Source of the DNA: an uncultured Candidatus Saccharibacteria bacterium
Lineage (GTDB): Bacteria > Patescibacteriota > Minisyncoccia > Phycocordibacterales > UBA5272
Reading direction: 5' to 3'
DNA length: 64,000 bases
NCBI GenBank assembly: GCA_964369115.1
Contig: CAYJED010000005.1
Span: 2,237-66,236, forward strand
The position numbers and the translations under genes were made by a program. Under the pieces are notes generated by a model that did no database searches, had not been told where the DNA came from, and worked only from the letters and a program-made list of their open reading frames with translations. The stretch's first letter is position 1; each line of letters starts with the position of its first letter. This document shows positions 8,800-17,722 of this stretch, in pieces.

Positions 8800-10206
8800 A
8801 TGACTTTAACCTTAAAAGAAATTGAGACCGCTCTTGACCAGCTAGTAAAAAGACATCCGGATATTGATACGGAGTTACTAACAACGTTACTTACTGCGTC
8901 CGGATGGGAAAAGGCACAACTTAAAGATGCTACGCTTTTGTTTAAACAAAAGTATCCAGAAAAAGCAAAAGAAAAACCTGTTTCTCAAGAAAAAAAATCT
9001 AGTGAAGGGATTCCTTCTGTGCGTAAACAAGAAACTATTTCTGTTCCACCTGCTCCCACTTCGCGTCCTGTTGTAAGGCAACAGCAGAATATTGGTTTTT
9101 TTGAAGCACTGTTTCAAGCTTTTTTTGGTGGTAACTCTTCTCCTAAAACAGCGCCAGCAACTATTCAGGTCCCACTTCCTCCTAAAGAGGAGGTGAAAAA
9201 AGTTGAACCACCTAAAGAAAGTAAGGTGAATACTCAGCCTGATGTAACACCTCAGGTGATACAGCAAAAAGAAGAGGTGCATGTTGTGGCTACTCCTGTT
9301 CTCTCTAAGAAAGAGGAAAAAGTTTTTATACCCCCAGTTCAGCCTGTTATAGTGCCTCCACCTGTTTCCTCTCCACAAGTTGTACCAGTGTCACCTCCTA
9401 AAAAAGAAGTGATTGAGGAAAAAAATCTTACAAAGCAGGTTATAGAAAAATCGTCAGTACAGAAAAGTGAAACTCCTTCATTTTTATCAGCACTGTTTCG
9501 TGCATTTTTTGGAGAACCAGGCGAAAGGGGTGAAGGAAGGGTGTTGGATAAAAAAGAAATTACCGCAGATGTAAAAAAAGAAGTACCGCTACCTGCTCCT
9601 CCTAAAAAGGAAGAACATCAAGAAGTTCGTCCTCAAGAGGTCACACCTCCTCCTGTTGTTTTGCCTGAGCAACGCATCGTTTCTGAGTCTGTTCAGAAAA
9701 ATAATCTCACCGAATCAAGGTCAGCACTTCAAAGAGAGTATGCTACAGAAGGGATTGCTATTAGTGCTATGGATAATGTTGCGGTTGATGATGTTGGGCA
9801 GGCACCTGTACTTGATATACTTCCTGCGCCTGTAGAGCAACCTCCTGTAAAAGAAGAAAAAGTCACCACCTCACTTATTGAAACTACAGTTAGTTTGCCT
9901 GAAAAAAAACAAGGGGAACTTCCTCATAATCTTCCTATTGTTCCTTTCGAATCTTCAAATCACGTGTGGGCGCTTAAAGATTATAAGGAAACTTTCCACA
10001 AAGAAAAGGAAGTTGAGCAGAAAAAAGAGGAACCTGTGTCACAAAGTTCTGCGCCAGCTGTTATAGAGGATAACGGTGAAGAAGACATTGTCCTTGAAAG
10101 TGTTCCGCTTACAAGAGGAGATGAGTCACTTGTTTTTATGGCCGGGGTTATGCTTCTTGTTATAATCTTAATACTGGGATATATGTACAGTAACGGGCGT
10201 TTATAA
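8800..10206 (+). CDS. Pro/Lys/Glu-rich low-complexity envelope protein with C-terminal TM anchor
   Basis: Extensive PPxK/PxV repeats. An amphipathic motif repeats twice (EALFQAFFGGNSSPK and SALFRAFFGEPGERG). There is a C-terminal hydrophobic helix LVFMAGVMLLVIILILGYMY. Confidence 0.4.
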   Translation: MTLTLKEIETALDQLVKRHPDIDTELLTTLLTASGWEKAQLKDATLLFKQKYPEKAKEKPVSQEKKSSEGIPSVRKQETISVPPAPTSRPVVRQQQNIGFFEALFQAFFGGNSSPKTAPATIQVPLPPKEEVKKVEPPKESKVNTQPDVTPQVIQQKEEVHVVATPVLSKKEEKVFIPPVQPVIVPPPVSSPQVVPVSPPKKEVIEEKNLTKQVIEKSSVQKSETPSFLSALFRAFFGEPGERGEGRVLDKKEITADVKKEVPLPAPPKKEEHQEVRPQEVTPPPVVLPEQRIVSESVQKNNLTESRSALQREYATEGIAISAMDNVAVDDVGQAPVLDILPAPVEQPPVKEEKVTTSLIETTVSLPEKKQGELPHNLPIVPFESSNHVWALKDYKETFHKEKEVEQKKEEPVSQSSAPAVIEDNGEEDIVLESVPLTRGDESLVFMAGVMLLVIILILGYMYSNGRL

Positions 10207-10229
10207 ATTTTTTAAACTTATAGTTATAT

Positions 10230-11027
10230 ATGGAGTCACTTACTTATAAAAAACATATCTGGATTGCGGGAACAGTTGCTCTTGTGTGTATTTCATTTGC
10301 TTCACTTGCATTTGGAATTCAAAATCTCGACAGCATCAAACATCCAAATGGACAGGTTGCTACGATTTCTGTTTCAGGGGAAGGGGAAGTTACTGCAGTT
10401 CCTGACATAGCAACAGTAAGCTTTACTGTTCGTGAATCTGCAAAAACTGTTCCTGAGGCACAGAAACTCGTTGAAGCAAAAATTGCTAAAGGTCTTAAAG
10501 AGCTTGAGGTTATTGGTGTAGAAAAGAAAGACGTGAAGACTCTCTCTTATAATGTTAGTCCTAAGTATGAAACTCAGGGCGGATATTGTGCTCCAGGTGC
10601 ATACGCATGTCCTCCAATGAAGACAGTTATTAATGGCTACGAAGTAAGTCAGTCTGTTTCAGTAAAAGTACGTAAAGTTGATCAAGCAGGAGAAGTGCTT
10701 GGTATGCTCGGAAAAGCTGAAATTACAGAAATTTCTGGTCCTGATTTCACTGTAGATGATATGGATAATCTTAAAGCAAATGCTAAAGTGATTGCTATTA
10801 AGAAGGCTCAAGCAAAGGCGGAAGAAGAAGCTAAGGCGCTCGGAGTATCTCTTGGCTCAATTATTTCTTTCTCAGAAGATAATGGCGGATACTACCCTCC
10901 AATGATGTATGCATCAAAGGCTATAGGCGGAGTTGCGATGGCAGAATCAGCTCGTGATCAGGTGTCTCTTCCAGAAGGGGAGAATCTCATTAAGTCACGT
11001 GTGACTATTACGTATATCATTAAGTAA
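10230..11027 (+). CDS. SIMPL-domain (DUF541) protein
   Basis: N-terminal TM segment, then ISVSGEGEVTAVPDIATVSFTV... matching the SIMPL/DUF541 pattern (VxGxGxVxxxPDxA). Confidence 0.55.
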   Translation: MESLTYKKHIWIAGTVALVCISFASLAFGIQNLDSIKHPNGQVATISVSGEGEVTAVPDIATVSFTVRESAKTVPEAQKLVEAKIAKGLKELEVIGVEKKDVKTLSYNVSPKYETQGGYCAPGAYACPPMKTVINGYEVSQSVSVKVRKVDQAGEVLGMLGKAEITEISGPDFTVDDMDNLKANAKVIAIKKAQAKAEEEAKALGVSLGSIISFSEDNGGYYPPMMYASKAIGGVAMAESARDQVSLPEGENLIKSRVTITYIIK

Positions 11028-11052
11028 TTAGGTCTATACTGCACTAAAGAAA

Positions 11053-11083
11053 AAGCGCCTTATAAAGGTGCTTTTTCTTTGGT
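11053..11083 (+). terminator. Rho-independent terminator
   Basis: agcgcctt-tataa-aaggtgct followed by ttttcttt. Confidence 0.5.
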
Positions 11084-11218
11084 TTCCAGAAACAAGAAAG
11101 AAAACCCCATAATCTTGCTTTTTTAGTAAAGATATGGTACTATATACATATGGATGCCCCGCGGGGTGTTTTTTAGAATAAGAAGAACGTATACTGTTCT
11201 TACTAACTAGTAGCTACT

Positions 11219-11401
11219 ATGAAATTTACACAATACCTCAAAGAAACCAAAAATGAACTTAAGGAAGTTGTTTTCCCGACAACTGCAACAACAATTACGT
11301 TCACGGTTATCGTTATCGCTGTTTCTGTTTTTATTGCAGCATTTTTGGCTGGTGTTGATTTCTCACTCCGCGAAGTTGTTGAGCGAGTTATTAATCGTTA
11401 A
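11219..11401 (+). CDS. secE: Preprotein translocase subunit SecE
   Basis: 60-aa single-TM protein (TFTVIVIAVSVFIAAFLAGVDF) directly upstream of nusG, the conserved secE-nusG-rplK order. Confidence 0.7.
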   Translation: MKFTQYLKETKNELKEVVFPTTATTITFTVIVIAVSVFIAAFLAGVDFSLREVVERVINR

Positions 11402-11423
11402 TTAAACCTCTCATTTATATTTT

Positions 11424-11969
11424 ATGGCGAAACAAGAATTTACAGGGGAGCGTCATTGGTATGCAATTCATACCTACAGTGGATATGAAAATGCAGTACT
11501 CCGTAACCTCAAGCAGCGTATTGAGTCTCTTGGTATGCAGGATAAGATTTTCAATATTGTTGTTCCAATGGAAAAGAAAATCAAAGTGAAAGGAACTAAA
11601 CGTGTTGAAGTGGAGGAAAAAGTGTATCCTGGATACGTACTTGTAGATATGATCGTGGATGACAATAGCTGGTATGTTGTTCGTAACACTCCTCGTGTAA
11701 CTGGGTTCGTTGGTGCTGGAACTACCCCTGTGCCACTTTCACAAAGTGAAATTGATTTCCTTTTTAGTCGAATGAATACAGGAGATGTTGAACATGAGAT
11801 CTCAATTGTAGAAGGGGAGCTTGTGGGAATTATCGATGGTCCATTTAAGGACTTTGAAGGAAAGGTATCTGAAGTAGACAAGGCTCGCGGGAAGCTTAAG
11901 GTGCTCGTTAATATGTTTGGACGTGAGACACCTGTTGAGCTCGACTTCCTTCAAGTTAAGAAGATCTAA
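11424..11969 (+). CDS. nusG: Transcription termination/antitermination factor NusG
   Basis: NGN domain (HWYAIHTYSGYENAV) plus a C-terminal KOW motif (GKVSEVDKARGKLKVLVNMFGRETPVEL). Confidence 0.85.
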   Translation: MAKQEFTGERHWYAIHTYSGYENAVLRNLKQRIESLGMQDKIFNIVVPMEKKIKVKGTKRVEVEEKVYPGYVLVDMIVDDNSWYVVRNTPRVTGFVGAGTTPVPLSQSEIDFLFSRMNTGDVEHEISIVEGELVGIIDGPFKDFEGKVSEVDKARGKLKVLVNMFGRETPVELDFLQVKKI

Positions 11970-12069
11970 AGCAACGCACACTCATTTTCTTCCTTAATTT
12001 GTATAAGAAACAACCTCTTGAAAAAGAGAAAAAACTGTGTTAGAATAAGCAAACTTTAAAAAAACGTAT

Positions 12070-12483
12070 ATGGCAGCTAAAAAAATTACAAAATATGTAA
12101 AGGTTCAGATCGAAGCAGCTAAGGCTACTCCTGCACCACCACTTGGTCCGGCCCTAGGTCAGGCCGGTGTTCAGATTGGTGACTTCGTTAACAAGTTTAA
12201 CGCAGCAACACAAGGTCAGCAGGGTCGTCTTTCGGTAAAGATCTATGTGTACGAAGACCGTACATACGATTTCGTTATCAAGACTCCTACAGCAACATCT
12301 CTTGTGATGAAAGCTGCTAATGTAGCAAAAGGTAACTCAAAAGGCCGCGCTGGAACAATTTCAAAGGATAAGATTCGTGAAATTGCAGAGCTTAAGCTTA
12401 AAGATCTTACTGCTCACACTGTTGAACAGGGTATGAAGATTATTGAAGGTACTGCACGTTCTGCAGGTATCGCGGTAGTCTAG
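12070..12483 (+). CDS. rplK: 50S ribosomal protein L11
   Basis: MAAKKITKYVKVQIEAAKATPAPPLGPALGQAGVQIGDFVNKFN is the canonical uL11 N-terminus. Confidence 0.9.
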   Translation: MAAKKITKYVKVQIEAAKATPAPPLGPALGQAGVQIGDFVNKFNAATQGQQGRLSVKIYVYEDRTYDFVIKTPTATSLVMKAANVAKGNSKGRAGTISKDKIREIAELKLKDLTAHTVEQGMKIIEGTARSAGIAVV

Positions 12484-12511
12484 GTAAAATTACTTCAATT
12501 ACTTAACAAAA

Positions 12512-12546
12512 CAGAAACTCTCGCATTCGCGAGAGTTTCTGTTTTA
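12512..12546 (+). terminator. Rho-independent terminator after rplK
   Basis: cagaaactctcgc-attc-gcgagagtttctg followed by tttt. No rplA follows. Confidence 0.6.
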
Positions 12547-12586
12547 TGCTAGTGTAGCGGTAGTTCTTTATCTAAGTGAGGTAAAC

Positions 12587-13204
12587 ATGCTTAACTCTTG
12601 CAGTAGTCGTCCCAGCTGGGATGAGATTCATATGCTTGATGCAATTCGTGTTGCAACACGTAGCTCCTGTCTTGTGCGTGCGGTTGGAGCATCTCTTGTA
12701 CGTAATAACCGTGTCATTGCTTCGGGGTATAATGGTGCCCCTCCAGAAGTTGTAAACTGTCTTCAAATGGAAGAGTGTTTCTATCAGCATATTGCTTTTG
12801 AGGACAGTAAGAAAGGTCTTGGCAATTACGAGGATCTCAAGGAGATGCGTAAACCGCTTTGTATTGCGGTGCATGCTGAAGTGAATGCGCTTAGTCAGTG
12901 CGCTATGTACGGTATTAGCTCAATTGGGGCAACATTGTATATCACTAATATTCCTTGTCCAACGTGTACACGAAATGAGATTCTTGCAAAAAAACTGAAA
13001 GAAGTGAAGGTTTGGAAGGGGTATTTGGAAAACCCGCTCCTCACTCTTGATGAAAAAACAGCTACAGAAGATCTCTTGCAACAGGCGGGTATTCCGCTCA
13101 TATACGTTGAACTAAGTCAAGAACGTATGAAAGAAATTTTTGCAACAATGCTCTCTGTTGGTGATCGAACAAGTTATAAGTTTGACCCAAATAAAAGGGT
13201 ATAA
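12587..13204 (+). CDS. dCMP deaminase (cytidine/deoxycytidylate deaminase zinc-binding family)
   Basis: Zinc motifs HAEVNAL and PCPTC. The N-terminus RPSWDEIHMLDAIRVATRSSCLVRAVGASLV is typical of ComEB/dCMP deaminase. Confidence 0.8.
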   Translation: MLNSCSSRPSWDEIHMLDAIRVATRSSCLVRAVGASLVRNNRVIASGYNGAPPEVVNCLQMEECFYQHIAFEDSKKGLGNYEDLKEMRKPLCIAVHAEVNALSQCAMYGISSIGATLYITNIPCPTCTRNEILAKKLKEVKVWKGYLENPLLTLDEKTATEDLLQQAGIPLIYVELSQERMKEIFATMLSVGDRTSYKFDPNKRV

Positions 13205-13250
13205 AAGGAGGGAAACCTCCTTTTTCTTTTTGTTATACTTATACATATCT

Positions 13251-13670
13251 ATGAAAATGTTTGTACAAAAACTTAACGATAAAGCAATTATTCCAGTTCG
13301 TGCACATCATGATGATGCTGGGGTAGATCTTTTTTGTTATGAAGATTATACGTTATTACCTGGTGTGCCATATAAAGTGCCGCTCGGTGTCGCAATAGAA
13401 ATTCCACATGGCTATGTTGGACTTATCTGGGATAAATCATCTATTGGAAGTAAGGGAATAAAAACATTAGGAGGTGTAGTGGACGCTGGATATCGAGGTG
13501 AAGTGCAGGTGGTGCTATGTAATTGCACACATGAACCGTATCATTTTACATCTGGGCAAAAAGTTGCTCAAATGCTTATTCAAAAAGTTGAATTTCCGGA
13601 GATTGAAGAAGTAAGTGAGTTAAGTGACTCCTCTCGTGGTGAGAATGGATTTGGAAGTACAGGAAAATAA
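13251..13670 (+). CDS. dut: dUTP diphosphatase
   Basis: AGVDL, GYRGEV and C-terminal SRGENGFGSTG dUTPase motifs. The start is likely the Met at 13251, since the longer ORF from 13140 overlaps the previous gene. Confidence 0.8.
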   Translation: MKMFVQKLNDKAIIPVRAHHDDAGVDLFCYEDYTLLPGVPYKVPLGVAIEIPHGYVGLIWDKSSIGSKGIKTLGGVVDAGYRGEVQVVLCNCTHEPYHFTSGQKVAQMLIQKVEFPEIEEVSELSDSSRGENGFGSTGK

Positions 13671-13674
13671 AAAG

Positions 13675-13697
13675 AAAAAGGAAAAGCCACCCAAAAG
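13675..13697. terminator. Bidirectional terminator hairpin between dut (+) and the DHFR-like gene (-)
   Basis: agccaccc-aaaagag-ggtggct. Confidence 0.45.
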
Positions 13698-13712
13698 AGG
13701 GTGGCTCTGTAG

Positions 13713-14321
13713 TTACTCCCTTACGTAATCAAGGAAGTTATAAATTGGGGACCATGCAGCGGGGTTGCTGTTTGGTGTTTTTTTGATCAAAACAAAACCC
13801 TGAGCTTCTGCTTCTTCTGTAAGAGGCTTATTAAGTCTTGCGTATTCATCACCTGGGCATTCTTTGTATACCAGAGTGATGTAGGCTTTTCCGGCAACGG
13901 TCATGCCAAATTTCCAACACTCACTCCCTCCAATAAAGATAAGCTTATCAACGATCGGAGAAGGAAGAAGGTTAAGGGTGTCAGCAAACGATCGCGCGAA
14001 GGTGATGCGGTCGTGTCTGGACAGACTTTCACTTTGTGCAAGAAATGCTTCTGGGTGATGTCTGGAAACACTGACAAGAAGTCGGTTTGGACCAAGATCA
14101 AGATCTTTCATTGTTTCTGCTGTAACTCTTCCTGCAACAAGAAGGTTTACTTTGCCCGGCTTGACCTCTTCTGTGACAGATTTGAAGCGCAACATGTCAC
14201 CAGGGAGTCCGGCTTTGCCTCTTTGCCAAGGCATGTCATCATCTAGGCCGTAGGCGCCATCTGAGGTGCATGCTCCAATGACTACAATTCGCGAACGATT
14301 AGCTGTGTTCATGGTACACAT
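13713..14321 (-). CDS. folA: Dihydrofolate-reductase-like protein (DHFR/RibD-C superfamily)
   Basis: IVVIGACTSDGAYGLDDDMPWQRGKAGLPGDMLRFKSVT...NLLVAGRVT...LIFIGGSECW follows the DHFR pattern (LPW..P.D...FK..T...GR.T...IGG). Adjacent to thyA. GC content is higher than the surrounding genome. Confidence 0.5.
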   Translation of the reverse strand: MCTMNTANRSRIVVIGACTSDGAYGLDDDMPWQRGKAGLPGDMLRFKSVTEEVKPGKVNLLVAGRVTAETMKDLDLGPNRLLVSVSRHHPEAFLAQSESLSRHDRITFARSFADTLNLLPSPIVDKLIFIGGSECWKFGMTVAGKAYITLVYKECPGDEYARLNKPLTEEAEAQGFVLIKKTPNSNPAAWSPIYNFLDYVRE

Positions 14322-14374
14322 ATCCTTTCTGTGGAAATAACGAAAAGGTCTACTGGATACTCTACTATGTTTAA

Positions 14375-14404
14375 TAAAAAAGAAAACCCCCTCGAAAGGG
14401 GGTG
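14375..14404 (-). terminator. Terminator hairpin downstream of thyA
   Basis: accccctcgaaagggggt with a U-run on the minus strand. Confidence 0.45.
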
Positions 14405-14415
14405 GTATGAGAAAG

Positions 14416-15219
14416 CTATTTGGAAACTCTTCCTGTAATCGCCGGGTGGTGCTTGTACCCGATCAGTTCAAAGTCCTCGAACTCATAACCAAAGATGTCT
14501 TCTGGTTTGCGTTTCAGGTGCATTGTTGGGTAAGGGTACGGGTCCCGGGACAACTGCAACTTCACTTGCTCAAGGTGGTTGTTGTAAATATGACAATCAC
14601 CACCAGTCCAAATAAATTCACCAAGCTCAAGATCACATTGCTGTGCCATCATCATGGTGAGGAGAGCGTAGCTTGCGATGTTGAAGGGAACACCAAGGAA
14701 GGTGTCACAGCTGCGCTGATAGAGCTGACAGCTGAGCTTTCCTTCAGAAACATAGAACTGGAAGAGTGCGTGGCACGGCATAAGCGCCATCTTGTCGAGA
14801 TCTCCAACGTTCCACGCTGAAACAATGATGCGACGGGAGTCCGGATTTTGCTTCAGAGTTTTTACCACTTCAGCAATTTGGTCAATGTGCCTCCCGTCGG
14901 CAGTTGGCCACGATCGCCACTGCACACCGTAGACAGGACCAAGAGCACCGTCCTCAGCCGCCCATTCATCCCAAACGGTGCACCCACGCTCTTGTAGCCA
15001 GCGAGCATTGCCATCACCACGCAAGAACCACAGCAGTTCAAGGATGATGGACTTCAGGTGTACCTTCTTGGTGGTGACCAAAGGAAAACCTTCAGCAAGG
15101 TTGAAACGCATCTGGTAACCAAACACCGAAATGGTGCCAGTGCCCGTGCGATCGGTTTTCGGCACGCCGTCTTCAAGGACGTGCCGAGCGAATGTTTCGT
15201 ACTGAGAACTGTCGCTCAT
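14416..15219 (-). CDS. thyA: Thymidylate synthase (ThyA type)
   Basis: Near-canonical ThyA sequence: [42 protein letters not shown] (catalytic Cys), [20 protein letters not shown]. Confidence 0.9.
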   Translation of the reverse strand: MSDSSQYETFARHVLEDGVPKTDRTGTGTISVFGYQMRFNLAEGFPLVTTKKVHLKSIILELLWFLRGDGNARWLQERGCTVWDEWAAEDGALGPVYGVQWRSWPTADGRHIDQIAEVVKTLKQNPDSRRIIVSAWNVGDLDKMALMPCHALFQFYVSEGKLSCQLYQRSCDTFLGVPFNIASYALLTMMMAQQCDLELGEFIWTGGDCHIYNNHLEQVKLQLSRDPYPYPTMHLKRKPEDIFGYEFEDFELIGYKHHPAITGRVSK

Positions 15220-15374
15220 GTAAATCTCCTTGGAATTAGAAAAAGAAGAACGGTAGCAGAATTGCTTCCATGAAGAACTCTACCTTTTCTAGAGGTCTTT
15301 TGCAATTTCTTTCCAAGCAAGCCTTAAACAAGAACAGTCTTTTAATTCTTTAGTAAATACGGTAGTATAGAGAA

Positions 15375-17072
15375 ATGAATTCGCGCGATACTATTTTTTC
15401 AGTCCTTAAAGAACTTAATCCTTCAGCTTCTTTTTCTCTTACTCAACCTGAAGAGACTGCTCATGGCGACTATGCTACCAACATTGCCTTTACTCTTTCA
15501 AAAGAAAAGGGTATTTCTCCGAAAGCGTGTGCTGAAGAACTTGCTACAGTTTTAGCAGAGAAATGTTCTTCAGTTGTAGAAAAGGTGGAGGTTGCTGGTC
15601 CTGGGTTTCTTAATTTTTTCTTGCGAAATGATGTGCGTACTGATGAAGTAGAAGAGCTTGCGTCATATGGTGTACTTCGACCGCTTCGCGACGAGCAGGT
15701 GCTTGTTGAGTACACTGATCCAAATTGCTTTAAGGTATTTCATATTGGTCACCTTATGTCTAACACTATAGGTGAATCACTTGCGCGTCTCTATGAAGCT
15801 GTTGGGTATGACGTGCTTCGTGTATGTTATCCGTCTGATATTGGGCGCAATGTGGCGATGGGGGTGTGGGGAGTGATGAAAAGAAATGCAGAGAAACCTC
15901 CTAGAGATGCAAGTCTTAAAGATAAGGTAACATTTCTTGGTATGTGTTATGCCTACGCAAATCAGCAGTTTGAAGAGAGTGACGAGGCAAAAAAAGAGAT
16001 CATTGAAGTTAATAAGGCAATTTATGGAGGAACTGATGCGCATATTATGGAAGTGTATGCTGAAGGGCGAGCGCTCTCTTTAGAATACTTTGAGTCACTT
16101 TACAAAGAGCTTGGCACAACATTTGATGCCTACATTTCTGAATCAGAGGTTGCTGACCCAGGACTTTTTATTGTAAAAGAATACCTAAAGCGAGGAATCT
16201 TTGAAGAATCAGAAGGGGCTATTGTTTATAAGGGTGAACAGGACGGACTTCACACTCGTGTGTTTGTGAACAAAGAAGGGCTTCCAACATATGAGGCAAA
16301 AGAGCTTGGAAATTATGAAAAGAAAATTGAACTTCTTCCAAATGCTTCAAAGTACGTCATTATTACCGCAAGTGAACAAAGAGAATACTTTAAAGTAATT
16401 AATGCGGTTACCGAAAAAATACACCCAACTCTCAAAGGTAAACTTGTACACATAAGTCACGGCATGATGCGTCTTCCTACAGGGAAGATGTCTTCACGAA
16501 CCGGAAATGTGATTGGAGGGGAAGATCTTCTTAATGATATTAAAGAGACTATCACAGAGAGGGTTAAAGAAATGCGCGTAGAAGATGATGAGAAAGCTTC
16601 ACTTGTGAGCGCTATTGCGGTAGGGGCTATTAAATTCTCTGTACTTAAAATTGCGCCAGGAAAAGATATTGCTTTTGATTTTGAGAAATCAATTTCTTTC
16701 GAAGGTGATTCTGGTCCGTATCTTCAGTACACACATGCACGCCTCTCGGCTCTTTTGGATAAAGGAAATGAAAATAGTATTGCGTATGAACACGGCTACG
16801 TTGTTACCTCTTCTGAGAAGGAGCTTGAGAAAGCTCTCATTGGATATAAAGAGGTGCTCATAAAAGCATATGAAGAACTTAGTCCGCATCACATTGTGCA
16901 ACACTTACTTCTCGTAACACGACTCTTTAATAATATGTACTCACGTGTGCAGATTGTAAACGTAGAGAATAAAGATGAGAGTATGTATTACCTCATGCTT
17001 ACTAAGGCAACCAAAGAAGTTCTTAGTCACGGTCTCAGTGTTTTAGGAATCAATGCTCCAAACAGAATGTAA
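15375..17072 (+). CDS. argS: Arginine--tRNA ligase
   Basis: Class I HIGH motif FHIGHLMSNTIGESLARL, and the Arg-tRNA-synthetase N-terminal and DALR anticodon-binding architecture. Confidence 0.85.
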   Translation: MNSRDTIFSVLKELNPSASFSLTQPEETAHGDYATNIAFTLSKEKGISPKACAEELATVLAEKCSSVVEKVEVAGPGFLNFFLRNDVRTDEVEELASYGVLRPLRDEQVLVEYTDPNCFKVFHIGHLMSNTIGESLARLYEAVGYDVLRVCYPSDIGRNVAMGVWGVMKRNAEKPPRDASLKDKVTFLGMCYAYANQQFEESDEAKKEIIEVNKAIYGGTDAHIMEVYAEGRALSLEYFESLYKELGTTFDAYISESEVADPGLFIVKEYLKRGIFEESEGAIVYKGEQDGLHTRVFVNKEGLPTYEAKELGNYEKKIELLPNASKYVIITASEQREYFKVINAVTEKIHPTLKGKLVHISHGMMRLPTGKMSSRTGNVIGGEDLLNDIKETITERVKEMRVEDDEKASLVSAIAVGAIKFSVLKIAPGKDIAFDFEKSISFEGDSGPYLQYTHARLSALLDKGNENSIAYEHGYVVTSSEKELEKALIGYKEVLIKAYEELSPHHIVQHLLLVTRLFNNMYSRVQIVNVENKDESMYYLMLTKATKEVLSHGLSVLGINAPNRM

Positions 17073-17080
17073 TAGTGAGA

Positions 17081-17704
17081 CTATTCGTGGTGTTCTTTAT
17101 AAAAGCGTTCGATTACTTTTTCAATAAGTTTTGGAAGAACTGTTGCTGTGATCATAATTGCAACTATTACAGTAAGAACATAAGCAATCCCATGTTGCAC
17201 AGAAAGAGCATTTGAAAATCCTTTCCCTAAATACCAACCTACAGGGAAGATTGCTCCAAGGAAAAAAGTGGTACCTATTGCATTAAGGATGATCTTTTTC
17301 CAGAAAGGAATTTTATTTTTAAGAACAATATACAGGGTGAGCACAAGTCGCATTCCAATTAGGAATTTAATAAAGATAAGCACCAAGAAGAAGTGGGTAT
17401 CAACAAGTCGAATAAAAAAACGACTTGATTTTTTTGCCGTTGCTTTTGCTAAATGTTCATCATACGAATGGCGTAAGTATCGTTCGGCAATAAAAAACCA
17501 AAAAATATCAGAAAGAATGGATCCTGTAAATGCAGACAGTACAGCTGTTACAGGATGAATGAACCCTTGAGCTGAGAGTGCAAAAATTGCAATTGCAGCA
17601 TTCTCCCCAAGAAAGAAAACACTAACAACAGTAGTAAGCACCCCATGATGCTCAAGAAGTATTCGAAGAGATTCTATAAGTTCAGTAACAAATCCTTGTT
17701 CCAT
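17081..17704 (-). CDS. DedA/VTT-like membrane protein
   Basis: Small polytopic membrane protein. VVSVFFLGENAAIAIFALSAQG resembles the DedA signature region. Confidence 0.35.
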   Translation of the reverse strand: MEQGFVTELIESLRILLEHHGVLTTVVSVFFLGENAAIAIFALSAQGFIHPVTAVLSAFTGSILSDIFWFFIAERYLRHSYDEHLAKATAKKSSRFFIRLVDTHFFLVLIFIKFLIGMRLVLTLYIVLKNKIPFWKKIILNAIGTTFFLGAIFPVGWYLGKGFSNALSVQHGIAYVLTVIVAIMITATVLPKLIEKVIERFYKEHHE

Positions 17705-17722
17705 TTTTAATAGTGTATCATT

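Noticed and set aside
14407-15273. Plus-strand ORFs 14407-14820 and 15058-15273
   Set aside because: Antisense to thyA, whose protein sequence is near-canonical.
15340-15380. argS start with a -10-like TAGTAT/TATAGA 7 nt upstream of ATG and no SD (possible leaderless mRNA)
   Set aside because: It is plausible, but hexamer matches in AT-rich DNA are frequent, so it is not reportable without 5'-end data.
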